64,000 bases of DNA from Octopus sinensis (GCF_006345805.1 NC_043000.1:144026001-144090000); one strand, 5' to 3'; counted from the first letter of the stretch, positions 24,700 through 38,358 are shown. Numbers and translations are program-made. The notes: generated from the sequence alone by a model not told the origin.

Positions 24700-25192
24700 A
24701 CGGTTGTGTGAGGCTCCACGGGAGTGTAGTCAAACTGTTGACTGGTTGTTACGAAAGTGCCAGATGTGGCAGCAGGATTCGTTTCCATGCCACATTTGGG
24801 AGTCAGAGGTTGTTAACGGAGGAAATTTTCGACTTCACCAGTCTTAATTTCTGGTCTCCAAATTCCCAAGATTATAATGCCCTGGATTATAAGTGGGGCT
24901 CAATTTAAAAAGACACTCTCGGCTATTCCTGAAGCACTAAGGCCATGCTGGCGGTTGTGACCAACATGGTTCTCAAGGATCGTAATAAGAACAAAGTGAG
25001 GAACGCATGCACCAAGTTCCATAGTCATCTTGAGGTCGTTCTAAATGTTGTGGATGTTTAATTTGAGTCAACTTTTATCTCGTAGCTAATCTAGTTAGTA
25101 TTTTGAATGGGTTTCAATACATATATTTTGGGCTGAAATGTAATGTTTTATTTTTTTTCATGCAAATTGTCAAAGTTACTCCGAGCACCCTT
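24700..25192 (+). mobile_element. 3' remnant of a Tc1/maT-like transposon
   Basis: NFWSPNSQDYNALDYKWG resembles WPPNSPDLNPLDY.VWG; downstream VRNACTKFHSHLEVVL resembles the ACSRFRSRLEAVI terminus. Confidence 0.6.
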
Positions 25193-25509
25193 GAAATGTC
25201 TAATTGATGAACAAAATGTCGGACTTGAAAGTTTTCTAGAACTAACTTTTAATTTGATCTCCATCGATTAGAATCTTCTCAACAAAATAGTTGAAATTGC
25301 CCACCACTAATGCTATCGATAGGAAATAAATTTAAGTACGTAGCTTGGGTGTAAAGCCAATTCGTGCGTTCCTTTAGAATTTAGTGACTGTATTTAATGA
25401 CTTCCCTTTTCATCCTACAGTAGGTTTGAAGAAGTGTGGTCTGCTAGCAGGATTTAGTTACTAGAATGCATGTAACTGGGTATAAACTTTTGTAGCAACT
25501 GGGCGATGC

Positions 25510-25965
25510 CAGCTGCTTGAAATTTATCTTCTATCGGACGCGTCAGTGGCGTGTCATTTAAACTACTTCTATTCCAAAGAAAAATGATTTTATTCACACA
25601 AATATGCAACCGAAGAGTTTAAAGTACCAGTAATGATAAGGCTGTTCACTGGGAGAACACAAACATGGTTTAAATAGTAAGCTTGGCAGGAAAGAAACGA
25701 AGTTAAGGCAAAATAATTTCCGACAGACAGAACGGATTTTATATAACAGCTGATGTACTTGAGCGTACAAATGCATATTACCACGGCTTTATCGATCACA
25801 TTCTCACCTGGAATCGATTTATCAGGGCCTGTATAAATCGAGATTTATACACGCCCTGATACCGTCGGTATCTACATATCAAATTTGAGCGCAATCGGAT
25901 GGAGGCTGCCCGAGATCCAAGAAGATACACACACAGACAAACAGAATGGATTTTATATAATAGAT
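25510..25965 (+). mobile_element. Possible Helentron/DINE-like non-autonomous element(s)
   Basis: CAAATTTGAGCGCAATCGG followed by ACAGACAAACAG..TTTTATATAATAGAT; a similar end at 25721-25748. Confidence 0.3.
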
Positions 25966-25974
25966 ATCATGCCT

Positions 25975-26420
25975 CCTCATTGATATGACTGTCCAAATCG
26001 ACATAAATATATATGTCAAGACCAACGAAAAACTGAGCAAGTATAAAGATCTTAAAACAGAAATTGGCAAAATGTGGAACCTGAAGACAAAAATAATACC
26101 TGTTATCATAAGTGCATTAGGGAGAGTAGAAAAATAGCTGATTCCTAACTAGCTCAGATACCAAGAAACCCCGAAACGGCAGAAATTCAAAAGATAGTAC
26201 TCATGCGAACTGCCCTTAGACTGCATAAAATACCGTCTATATAATCTCAAATATTAAAATCAAATTTTAATTTTCTTATGATATCTGAAATATTCTCTAG
26301 AACAATACTTTGTATAAAATCAAACATATGGCACCGATTCAACTTCTAACTTGTTGTCTCTTGAGGTCTCTTGGTGAGACTTGGAGTCAACTATTATGAT
26401 TACAAAGCAAATTTAAAACA
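25975..26420 (+). mobile_element. R4/Dong-type LINE 3' fragment (restriction-like endonuclease tail)
   Basis: LIDMTV..EKLSKYKDLKTEIGKMWNLKTKIIPVIISALG..EIQKIVL. Confidence 0.8.
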
Positions 26421-26519
26421 ATAATTTATAGACCTATAGAATTTAGTCAATTGACAAAGCTGCTTCTCTTCCTTCTACTCTCAAGTCGGTTACAATATGA
26501 GTGATTGTCTGAGTATTTG

Positions 26520-26770
26520 AAATGAGCTGTAAAGGAACTAAAAGTTAGTTGAGAATGACCCCTGGATTACCATCGAAGCAGGGAGCGCAAAAGATAGTAT
26601 TAAGTGTTAACTGTAAACGTAATCATATTCTATATGAAAAGAAAGAATGGTGACGTAGGACTGATTAGTATAGACCATAGTATAAGGAAAGAAAGGAGAA
26701 CGATTGCATAGTATTTGATAAATAGTGACGAAGATCTGCTGCAATATATCGGGACCGATATTTTTATTGA
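26520..26770 (+). mobile_element. R4/Dong-type LINE fragments
   Basis: LYMKRKNGDVGLISIDHSIRKERR..YLINSDEDLLQY. Confidence 0.55.
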
Positions 26771-27629
26771 TAAATTTAAATGCTATAGGTAGAACGATGG
26801 TGATAATTATAATCATTGTGGTTATAGAGGCAACAAAATGCCAGCACTTTACTTATATACATGTGTAGGTACATATATGTGCACGTGTATGTACAAATAA
26901 AGAGATGAAGAGAGAGATGGGATTTCAATAAGAACTCTCGTGGGAACCCCACGAACTACTCAGAAAATCAGGATACAGCACAAGGAATGACTTACCAGCA
27001 ATAATGAAGCTATAGCCGATCATGGTCAAGATTTTTCGCCCGGTACTTCAGAAACCACCCACATAATGGGCAGTGATCGGGCGTCGGACTGTCATTATGT
27101 CGCAGCAGATGACATACATGGTGTGCGGAGATGCAGATATATGTGGGCCCCACCTACAAGGTCTGCGCTGTTTATCTTGATATGAGATCACCATGTCGCG
27201 CGCATATGGTTGTGATGCATGTGCCTGGTGTATCCTTATCACACAGGTAGTCATAATGGATATACTGGACTTCGTATATTTTACCCCAGTGTCACTTTGA
27301 TGGCATGCACTGCTCTCTCACTCAATAATAATGATGATGATGATGATGATGATGATGATAATGATGATGATGATGAGGAGGAGGAGAAGGAGGAGGATAA
27401 ATGCCCTGATGTAGTACCAGATAGTGGCTCTCATGGCTTCTTATCTTAACTGATTGGAAGTGTTATCATGTACATTGTATTCTCTTGGTATAAAAGATGG
27501 GCAACAGTAAATATTCTGCTCAATAACACAATTTGTCAGTTGTTTGAGCTTAACCAGTTTTGACCAGTGGTTGACGATGTGTGCATCTTTGATCACGTGA
27601 AGAAGTAGTATTGCAAAAGGAACGAAAAG

Positions 27630-28170
27630 GGGAGGCTTACCTAGTACTTGATAATTAATGATGAAGACCTGCTGCAATCTGCTGCGAAATATATGGGTGT
27701 AAATGCAGATGAAATGATGGGCAAGAATAGTTTAACCAAAGAGCTGGGGAGAAGGGAATAGAAGACCTTCCTGAAATGAGAATGCATGGATAGTTTGAAA
27801 GGAATACACAAGACGTTAAGAATAAAAGAGCATCATGGGCATAGCTTGAGCGAGGTGATTTGAAGCGTACCACCAAACGCCTGATCATTGCTGCACAAGA
27901 CCAGGATCTCGCTACCAATTCAGGGAAGCATAATATCTATAAAACTTCTGACGCCAAGAAATAAAATCTCTGTGGAAGTAGTATGCAAAATGTGACCCAC
28001 TTGGTAACTGGATGTGAGAGCCTTGCACAAAAAGAATACAAGCAACCGATACAATATCTTCATAGGCTCATATGCTGTAAATACCAATATGAAGTAACAG
28101 AGAACTGGTATGAGTATGTAGCAAGTAAAGCTACGAATGAGGATGGAAACGTAATACTCTGAGACTATCT
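27630..28170 (+). mobile_element. R4/Dong-type LINE fragment (zinc-knuckle region)
   Basis: RGDLKRTTKRLIIAAQDQDL..LCG..NVTHLVTGCESLAQKEYK..NWYEY. Confidence 0.75.
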
Positions 28171-28269
28171 TTACTTTTTCTTTTGTTCGTGTTTCAAATT
28201 TAGGTTAAATGAGTGTTTCCCGGGGGGGGGGGTGCTATGAGACTGTCGAACAAGTGGTTTTGATCAAAT

Positions 28270-30080
28270 TTGGTTTAAATATTTGACAACTCATCACAGT
28301 CCATTTGACGGAGGGAAGGGAGGCGTTTTGCTCGTATATATATATATATATATAATGTCTGGCCTATTCGCATTTATATTTCTGTCGGTTTCAACGGTGA
28401 AGTTCCAAAGGAGTGAGATATGGTCTTTTACAAGCAATATAGGTAGTGTTTGTTCCCACCAGTTTTTATCATGGCGCAGGTCATGTTTTTGCATATTAAC
28501 TAGTGATTATATTGTGCAGCTCTATCATGCCTGTGGAGATAATCTATTGGCACAAAAAGACTGCACTTGGAGACAACATGATCGATGGTGTTATTTTGTT
28601 GTTTACATACGCGAAATGTTAAGCTAATGTTCTTTAATATGTTGGACTGGTAGCTCCTTCTAGGTAGGTATTGATCTTGGGCTGCTGTGATAAACACTTC
28701 TGTTTCTGATTTTAAGCCAGAAGACACTAACAATTGATGGGTAAGGGCACTTTCGACATCGTCATTATTAACTCTCTTTGGGTATTTGTCATTGAGTGGT
28801 TTTTCTTGCCATTTATCAGTAAGAATATCTAAGGCAGCAGTTTTGGGGCTGGTTTTCATACGCTTCGCTTTTTCTGTGTTTGTTTCCAGTACGTCGTATT
28901 CTGGAATTTGTTGTATTTGGAACTCACTTAGATATTTATTTGCTTGTTTTGTTACTGAATATGATGTTTTCTTGTTTTCGTGCTTTATGTCAAGTTTTAA
29001 CGTCAAGTCATCAGAGTTGTCAGGTAGGTGTTTAGGCCAATTGTGGCAATCTCCATTGTTAATTCCAGTTGCAAAAGTTCATGGCCACTCACTTTTCTTG
29101 TCAGGTAAAGTCGTTCTATATCTGCCAAAGTGTGGTGCATTCTATGCATTGTCAACACGTTTCGTATATTTCTGTCAAGATTACATATTTCAGTAACTGA
29201 CCAGTTAATGATATTGAAAATGTAATTTACGACCGGTATGGCTAAATTATTGAACGCTTCGATCTTCCTTCTTGTATTTAGCTCTATCTTGAGTTTTGCT
29301 CTTACCCTGCGATAACATTCTTTTCTGAACCTTTCCCTCATCATTGAATATTTGATGCCATTACCTTCAAATATCCCTTGGTATTTGTAACTCTCCGCTG
29401 GATCTAACTCTTTTATGACATTCCGTTGGTCAAGATTAACATTGGATGTTTCTATAACTCTTCCTTTGATAAAGATAGCTTTTGGACATTTATCGAGGCC
29501 AAATTTCATCCTGATGTCATCATTGAATTGCTTAACAAGTGCTAGTAGACCATGTAGTTGTTGGTTAGTTTTTGCAAATTGCTATATATCATCCATGTAA
29601 AAGAGATGATTTTACATGTTTATCAAAAAGTTTATATAGCGATATTGGACACCATCGAGCAATTTCGAGACAGGTATTAAAGCGAAACAAAAGATAGACA
29701 TCCTGCAAAATGCTACAGAAAATTCTTACATCTCCAGCATTGAGAGATTCATTTTCACTGTTCAAAGTAAGTATGGTCCTCCATGATGTCGTACTTACAG
29801 AAAATAGGTTTCGCAGAGAAGGTGCTATTTTATACATTTCCAGACATTTCTCAATCCATATATGTGGTAGAATATCAAAAGCTTTTTTTACAATCTATCC
29901 AGGCTATCGGCAAGTTTTTGTATCGTTTGTGACAATCTTTCAAGATCATTTTATTGATGAGTAACTGATTATTACAAGTATAATACTCATGTTTACATCA
30001 TTTTTGCTCATTATAAAATATGCCATTTTCTATTAAGAGACTATAGGTATATTCAGTGAAGACATTCTTCTCCTATTTTC
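28270..30080 (-). mobile_element. Decayed R4/Dong-type LINE (RT to endonuclease)
   Basis: YMDD region at about 29590; MKFGLDKC, SYKY.GI, IPVVNY; LKSETEVFITAAQDQ; DHVVSKC..RHD; LWNFTVETDR..NRPDII. Confidence 0.9.
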
Positions 30081-30099
30081 AGTTTCCTTCGTTTTCAAT

Positions 30100-32760
30100 T
30101 TCTTATATAGTGCTTTATCTTTGCAATCTTTCATCCTCCACAAGCCTGACCTTCCTACTTCTAATAATAGAGGATCTGTGGCATTTTTTACATACCATGC
30201 AAGGTTGGTTTCTTCTGCTCTAATCCTGTGTTCACATCCAATTAGTCCTCTTCTTCATCTTTTTCTTGGTACATACCGTCTGTCTGTATCACTTTTTGGG
30301 TGGAATGAACCATATATAGTTAGCAACTAACTTGTCTTTCTGTCTAAGATGTTTAGTTCGTCTACTGTCCATGCGATTACTCCTGCTCCATATCTAAGGA
30401 TTGAAACCGTCCAGGTGTTGATAGTTCGACCTTATTCCGTCCATTTAATTTCGATTTAAGGATCGCTCTCAGTCTGCGCAACTACGCCATCTTAAATTTT
30501 TCTATCATTTCTTTCTCCATCAATTTATCCATTTCCTATATCTCTAAGTACTTATAGCCTGTCTCATTTATCTGCTTCAATCAACTCCCCCGAGTGTTTC
30601 GTTAGCCCGTGCATACATTTGATTTTGCTTCTCATCAAGACTAATACACCATTGCTCAGTCTGATATCAGCACTGAAGGTATACACCGTATCAACGAGGG
30701 AACTGGCTTGGGCTTCATCTTTACCATAAGGTTTGAGGTCTTCTATGAATAAGAAATGGCTGACCTTTTGCTTGCAGCTTTTGAATACATACCCATCATT
30801 TGCTTTCCTCAGAATCAGTGTTAGTGTTATCAAGCATAATACAAAGACAATTGAGGACAGGCAGTCTCCTTGGAAGATGCCCCTTCTAATTTCTACTATG
30901 CCTAAACGTCTTCCGTATACTGTCAGGTCCGTCCTCCACTTCACCATACTTTTTCCAAGTAATCGCTCAAAATTCGATGCAATAGGAAATAGGTTCAAGC
31001 AATCCATAATCCAAGAATGTGGGATCATATCGTACACCTTGCAATAGTCAATCCATGACATAGTTAAGTTACTTTTCCTCCTCTTGCAGTCTCTAAGTAA
31101 AGTTTTGCCTATGAGGAGTTGATCTTTGGTACCTCTGTATTTACACTTGTAACCCTTCTACTTATGTGGCAGTAATCCATTTTTTTCCAGATGTTCGCAC
31201 ATTGTCTCTACGAGTATTGCAGTCAATAACTTCTACATAAGTGGCAAATAGGATATCAGCCTATAATTGTCTACCGAATTGCCTTTTTCGATGTTTTTCA
31301 AGCACAGCACTGTCCTACCCACTGTCAACCTCTCTGGCGTTATTTCGTCGGCATATAACAAGGTGTTGAGTTGCACAGCTATTCGTGCATGACATTCACC
31401 AAATATTTTGATGGACTAGCTTTCAACTCCATCTGGTCCTGGGGCCTACCAGTCGCTGGTTTTGTTTTTGTTTTTGTTGATTTCCTTCACTTCTCTAAAT
31501 GAAATGACTAGTTCTGCCTGCATTGGACAGTTTACTGTTTGTTTCAGTTCTTTCAACCATTCAGCATCCGTTTGTGCTCCTTGTCTTTGCTCCAGATTAG
31601 AGTCCAAAACCTTCGACTTTTATTGTTATCTGGTATCAACTTTTCATTTGTACACTGTCCATTTATTTCTTTATAGAATCTCTTCTGATCTATTCTGAAT
31701 AACCTATTCAGGTGGTAACCCTTCATTCTTTGGTCGTGTCTTACCATCTTTGCATTCTTTGTAACGAGGCGCTGTTTCACTTCCTTCACTACTATTTTCA
31801 GGCCCTATCTTTCAATATTATACTTCCTTTTCAGCGCCCTGTTGTTTTGTTCGCTTTTAAGCTCTCCTTTCTTTTTTCGGTCTAACACAGAGATTTCCTA
31901 ACCCTGCCTGGATTCTTGTTTTCCACTATGGATCTTTTCTTTTGTCACTCCCATTATGTTTCTTTTTATTGATATCAACATCCACGTTTTATGCTACATC
32001 AATAATTGCTGCCTTGATCAAATTATTTCTTTCTGTGATGTTTGTTCTGATGTATTTCAGAATTTCATTGACATTTTTCGTTTCTTGGTTCAATTTCCAT
32101 CGATCAACCTTTATAAGGTTGAAAAATAATGTCGCTACCATCTTCCCGTAGTCATACCTTTATTCTGTCGTATATTGACTTTTGTTCATCTGTCATGTCG
32201 CCATTAGTTTTATTGCCTTGTTTTAGATTATCTATATGTCACTCATCAAGTAAACTACCACTGCTCCTTTCCTGTGCTATAGGATTACTCTTATTAGTAA
32301 GAACTGTATTTTCATTGTAATCTCTGCTGCTATTTTCCATGACCCGTCTTTTGATAGCTTCGAGCGTTACTTCTGTGAACCAACAATTTTTCCTTATTGC
32401 TCTAGCTTGATCACATATTCTCATTTGAAACAATCCATTTTCTCTCCAATGATCATTCATACGTTGTCGGTAACCCCTAATTTGAGCACCATTTCCATCT
32501 ACCGGGCTGCTCAGGTAGCATCACTCCATGACAACAGCATTAATTTGCTTGCTCATTCTACGGCGTGTGGGGTGGTCCCTTTCTTGATATCGAGAGGCTG
32601 GAGCCGGACCAGAATCTCTGAGCCTACCGGGTGTACCACTGTCTCCAACATCAGTTTCATTACCACCGTTATTCACAATATTTTGTTTCTTCATTGTCGC
32701 TCATATGAGTTAGCGATTATCAGGTTGCGCAATTACCATGATGAGGTGGCTTCCCCGTTT
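30100..32760 (-). mobile_element. Second decayed R4/Dong-type LINE (N-terminus plus RT)
   Basis: [37 protein letters not shown] (degenerate FMDD); N-terminal RICDQARAIRKN.W; overlaps in homology with the 28270-30080 element, so a separate insertion. Confidence 0.88.
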
Positions 32761-32808
32761 CCTTTCATTATTATTATGATTATTATTGTTGTTGTTGTTG
32801 TTATATAA

Positions 32809-33025
32809 TGTGGTGAGCTGGCAGAAACATTAGTACGCCGGGCAAAATGCTTAGCGGCATTTCTTTCGTCGCATCATACTGAATTCAAAACCATCGATGT
32901 CAACATTGCCTTTCATTATTTCATGTCTGATAAAATAAGTACCAGTTGATCATTGGGGCCGATGTCATCGACTAGTCCTCTCCCCACCAATTTCCGGCCT
33001 TGTGTCTATTGTAGAAAGGATTATT
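32809..33025 (+). mobile_element. Degenerate SINE, family B (family A head, different 3' end)
   Basis: GAGCTGGCAGAAAC head; ends CCTTGTG.CTA..GTAGAAAGGATTATT; further degenerate copies at 33274-33440 and 33735-33975 (+), 43040-43240 and 50540-50730 (-). Confidence 0.7.
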
Positions 33026-33036
33026 AATGGAAAACA

Positions 33037-33273
33037 CGGCGAGCTGGCAGAAATGTTAGCACGCCGGGCGAAATGCTTAGCGGTATTTCGTCTGCCGTTA
33101 CGTTGTGAGTTCAAATTCCGCTGAGGTCAAGTTTGCCTTTCATCCTTTCAGGGTCGATAAATTAAGTACCAGTTACGCACTGGGGTCGATGTAATCGACT
33201 TAATACCTATGTCTGTCCTTGTTTGTGCCCTCTGTGTTTAGCCCCTTGTGGGTAGTAAAGAAATAGGTATTTC
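33037..33273 (+). mobile_element. SINE family A
   Basis: Matches 55-286; followed in tandem by a headless family B copy. Confidence 0.88.
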
Positions 33274-33433
33274 TTCCGCTTTGATTTTCTTAGTTCAAAT
33301 TCCGCCAAGGTCGACTTTGTATTTCATCTTTTCGGGGTCGATATATTGAGTACCAATTCATTATTAAGGTCTATGTGATCGACTCCCCCCCCCCCACCAC
33401 AAACCCCAAGCCTCGTGCCTTTAGTAGAAAGGA

Positions 33434-33474
<41 letters not shown>

Positions 33475-34928
33475 GATAAGGCGACATCTCAGGATTGCTA
33501 AAATGAAGTACCAGTCCAGAACGGGTCTGTATTTAGTAGGCAAAAGCCTTCCTACGAAAATTATTGTGCCAACAATTAAGCAGTTATTGTTATCGAATTC
33601 AATAAGCATAGCTCACCCTGTTTCTTGTACGTTGATTTTCGTTATATTTTGACTTCTGTACCGCCCGTCACACTGCAAACGTGATCACTAAGCAAATCCC
33701 TTAATGTAAATGTTGGTTCAACCTCTAATAAATGGCACTGGTTTGCCAGAGTCGTTAAAATGTCGGAAAGTGCTGCATTACGCTATTTGCTCCAGTTCCT
33801 TTTTTTTCTTTTTTTTAGTCTTGTACTGTGTTCAAATCCCGCTAAAGAGGAATTTTCTTTTATCTTTTCGAGGTCGACAAAATAATGTACAAGTTAAGCC
33901 GTGTGGTCGATGATGTCAATTACTCACCTTCCTTCATAATTTGCTGGTGTTGTGCCTAAATCAGAAACAATTATTGTAATTGTTTGTGTTGGAGGTGATG
34001 ATGATGGAATCGCTGCTGGTGTTTAACCGTAAGTCATTTCTGATCAAGCAAAGCTATGTTCGAAAAACTTCGAGTCGTATCAGTCTTGTTTTCCTCCTAT
34101 TATTTTCTTATTTTGTTTATAACTACCTATGATTATCAATATCCATTTTGTTCTTTATTTCAGGTGGGTTCGTTTAGCTGTTATATCTAGCGAGGTAGCT
34201 GCTACGTAGAAGCACAATAGTTGACTTGTAGATGTTGTTATTGTGGGTGTTCATATTATTACTGCTGCTACCGTTCATTCAAATGCTGCTAGCGTTAATA
34301 TTTCGTGTGACGGTGGCGGTAGTTATGGAAGCGGGAGGTTTCTCTGAAGCATTCTTCCATTCTTCTTTGATAAGGACACGACGTCACGTAGTTTAACTTC
34401 GGTTTGCTATTTCCATGTGATGGTGGTGGTGGTTATGGTGAGAAATCGCTAAACAAAGAATTCTGAATTCGGCCCTCATGCATAACCTAGCTGCCTGTAT
34501 AATTCCCCAAAGAAACATTACCACAATCTTTTCCTACTGAGCCCCTCCATTTCTACAAACTCTCTCATCCTTTCTCGATGTTTGTATCAGTTTATACGTT
34601 CACTTATATACATGCGCACAGAAATACACACACATACACGCACGCGTGCGCGTAGCAATTCATTTGTGGCCACGCTGGAGTAGAGCCTAAATGTGTCACT
34701 TCGAACCCAATACGTATTTGATCCTGATATTAATTTTATCAATCTGTTTTCGTTGAATCACTGTTACGTCTTGATACAAACACACACACACATACATACA
34801 CACACGCGCGCGCACTTGCACACACGCGCACACATGATAGCTCGGTAATTGTTAGAATTTTAAACAGACGTGTATGATTATATGTGAATATGGGAGTATA
34901 TATATACATACATATATATATATATACG

Positions 34929-34964
<36 letters not shown>

Positions 34965-34971
34965 TTACATG

Positions 34972-35006
<35 letters not shown>

Positions 35007-35160
35007 ATATATAGATATACATGTATGTATGTATATAATTGTCACATATTACATTTACAGATAAATTCCTCTATTTACATAATATCGATGTTTTTAATTT
35101 TTTTGTTCTTACCATTTTTATCAATATATATATATATTTACACACACATATATATATATG

Positions 35161-35270
<110 letters not shown>

Positions 35271-35794
35271 ATACTTATTATGTATGTATATATATATACA
35301 TACATACATACATTGAAGTAAATGCAGGGATAAGCAAATTAGACAGATCAATATATAAATTATATTAAATAATACATGAAGGGCAAAAACTGTATATACG
35401 TATACACACATACACACTAATATATACACACATACACACATGCACACATATAAACATGTATACACACACATAGATATAGATAGACAGATAGAGAAAGAGA
35501 ACGAGAGAGAGGGAGAAATAGAGACTATTTTATCAGATCTAAAGATCTATGTTTATTTGTCTACGAGCTATGTCTGTCGTCGCAATGTGACCCATTCAAT
35601 TTTTGTCTAGAGCATACGACATATTGTGACTAAAAAGTGTCTGTCTGACAGTTTTTGTCGTGTGAACTCGGAGGTGTTCTTTCAGATTATCTCCACTTCG
35701 AATTACCTCCCGGTAACTCAAAACCGTGTTTATTTTACCGGGACGTTTGATGAAATCGATTTCAAATAATCCTTGGTTGGTAGACAGACGTTAA

Positions 35795-35811
35795 TTACTA
35801 CTACTACTACA

Positions 35812-35845
<34 letters not shown>

Positions 35846-36181
35846 ATAATAATAATAATAATACCGTCACCACCTCCACCTCTACTCCCATCCCACCCCC
35901 AATACTATTATAACTACTCTTAAAATATCTTATCTCTAGTAGTAGTAGTGTGATGGTGGAGGTGGTGTAGTAGAAGTAATAGTATCTCTAGTAGTAGTAG
36001 TATTAGTAGTAGTGGCGGTGGGGGGGACTGTAGTAGAAGTAGCAGTAATGGTGGTGGTGATGGTGGTGGTAGTGGTAGCGGTGGTGGTAGCGGTGGTGTT
36101 GTTGGTGGCGGTGGTGGTGGTGGTGGTAGTAGTAGTAGCAGTAGTAGTAGTAGTAGTAGTAGTAGCAGTAGTAGTAGTAGC

Positions 36182-36210
<29 letters not shown>
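35795..36210. repeat. (CTA)n(TAA)n and (GTA/GTG)n trinucleotide tracts
   Basis: Direct reading. Confidence 0.9.
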
Positions 36211-36212
<2 letters not shown>

Positions 36213-36483
36213 ACGTTTCAAGGTTATATGAAAGCAGGTTCAGAATATCCCGAGCTATGAATGAGCTGTTTCGGGTGTGTTTAATATGGAATCGTTTTCA
36301 GAATATGATGAGGTAACTTGAAATGGGAAACTAGATTGAATCTTTTGCACAGATAAGCAATGGTAAATTTACATAAGATCATATGTGTCGATTGTTTATT
36401 TGCTGATAATTGCCACAATGCTTTTCCTAATTACTCTTTACCTTTCAGTACTTAGTAATATGTAATTACCCCTGTTTGTTTTA

Positions 36484-36705
36484 CGAGGGGGTTGCTGAAA
36501 GGCTCCTGGCTTTGGGTAAAAGAAAATACAGGAAGATCATGTAACTTATGATTTTATTCAACTTATTCTCCTCTCAGATTCACATTTATTGTAGCTATTC
36601 TTTTAGTTTTTTTCTAAACTCTGTAAAAGAACTGGGAAGGTTGAGCCTCGAACCAGGCCTTTCACGATACCCTTGAAGACAGGAGCTTTTCTGCACCACC
36701 CCTAT
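36484..36705 (-). mobile_element. Mariner-derived MITE (about 220 bp)
   Basis: TA at 36482-3; imperfect TIRs GAGGGGGTTGCTGAAAGGCTCCTGGCTT / AAGACAGGAGCTTTTCTGCACCACCCCT; interior resembles a transposase C-terminus remnant on the minus strand. Confidence 0.7.
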
Positions 36706-36835
36706 TTTCCTATCAGCCTTCGTTAATCTAATCGGACAAAAAGTTTACATCCCAGTCTCTATCAAAGATCCCTGATGTCTTCATTTCTCAACCTTTAAGT
36801 TTACGTTATTTTTTTATAATATATATAATAAGAGA

Positions 36836-37160
36836 GTGAGGGCGCGTGGCTTAGTGGTTAGGGCATTCGGCTCATGATCGTAAGGTTGTGAGTTCGATTC
36901 CCGGCGACGCGTTGTGTCCTTGAGCAAGACACTTTATTTCACGTTGCTCCAGTCCACTCAGCTGGCAAAAATGAGTTGTACTTGTATTTCAAAGGGTCAG
37001 CCTTGTCACTCTCTGTGTCACGCTGATTATCCCCGAGAACTACGTTAAGGGTACACGTGTCTGTGGAATGCTCAGCCATTTGCACGTTAATTTCACGGGC
37101 AGGCTGTTCCGTTGATCGTATCAGCTGGGACCCTCGTCGTCGTAACCGGCGGAGTCTTTA
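36836..37160 (+). mobile_element. Young tRNA-derived SINE, family C
   Basis: A box TGGCTTAGTGG, B box GTTCGATTCC; 13-bp TSD ATATAATAAGAGA (36823-35, 37161-73). Confidence 0.92.
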
Positions 37161-37496
37161 ATATAATAAGAGATACGACATATTTTAGACAATAACATCA
37201 TTGGTTATAGGTTTCCACTGAAGCTATTGCAGCTGACTAAACTTGGCGCGAGCTGCAACGGATTGTCTGCGCAAATTGATCGGAAAACATTCTGCGAAGT
37301 AATTTTGTTCTAAAACACCGTTTTATTGATTTTTCTGGCTAATATTTTCATCCTCCGGTAATATACATCATTGCCGGGTTGTATAGAAATATATGTAAGC
37401 ACACACGCATGCACATGCATGCACATATGTATGTAGGAAAATATATGTGTGTATGTTTTAAAATGTATGCATTTATAAAAGTGTACGTGCATACAT

Positions 37497-37810
37497 GTGG
37501 AGGCGCTATGGCCCAGTGGTTATAGCAGCGGACTCGTGGTCGTAGGATCGCGGTTTCGATTCCCAGACCGGGCGTTGTGAGTGTTTATTGAGCGGAAACG
37601 CCTAAAGCTCCACGAGACTCCAGAAGGGGGTTGTGGTGATCCCTGCTGTACTCTTCCGCCACAACTTTCTCTTACTCTTTCTTCTGTTGGCCTGCTAGCT
37701 TAGCCAGCGGGGTGGCGTCATTTACAGGCTAAAACAATGCGAAACGCATTGTGACCAGCGATGTGTAGCAACATCTGATAGCCTGGTTGGTCACGGTGAT
37801 GACGGTGATG
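37497..37810 (+). mobile_element. tRNA-derived SINE, family D
   Basis: TGGCCCAGTGG A box, GGTTTCGATTCC B box, GC-rich body, short GGTGAT-like tail. Confidence 0.7.
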
Positions 37811-38134
37811 TGCATACATATGTCTATACACACATAAATATATATGTGTGTATATGTGTGTACGTGAGAGTGAGTGCGTGTGTGTGCGTGTGTGTGAATG
37901 GAAATGAACAAAAAAAGTGACTCGGAGTAGCCAGTGGTATAGTTATAAATAATAAACACAAAACATGAATTCATTAACGTTCATAAAATATCTCAAGTGA
38001 AATCAAGTGAAGTTCATTGAGGTGTACTGCTCCCAAATCTGGTATCTTCAAGAGAAAGGGGAAAAGTGCCTTGTGACAATCTGGAACCATTTGAGAAAAG
38101 ATGTAGCCAAGAATGAAAAGTAGATGGTATTAAA

Positions 38135-38358
38135 GGCGGCGAGCTGGCAGAACCGTTAGCACGCCGGGCGAAATGCGTAGCCGTGTTTCCTCTGCCGTTA
38201 CGTTCTGAGTTCAAATTCCGCCGAGGTCGACTTTGCCTTTCATCCACTCGGGGTCGATAAATTAAGTACCAGTCACGCACTGGGGTCGACATAATCGACT
38301 TAATCCGTTTGTCTGTCCTTGCTTGTCCCCTTTGTGGGTAGTAAATAAATTGGTATTT
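38135..38358 (+). mobile_element. SINE family A
   Basis: Matches 55-286. Confidence 0.88.

Noticed and set aside
36836-36915. tRNA-like heads with A and B boxes (also 37497, 39700, 55360, 60430)
   Set aside because: They continue into SINE bodies, some have TSDs, and they lack a complete cloverleaf, so they are not tRNA genes
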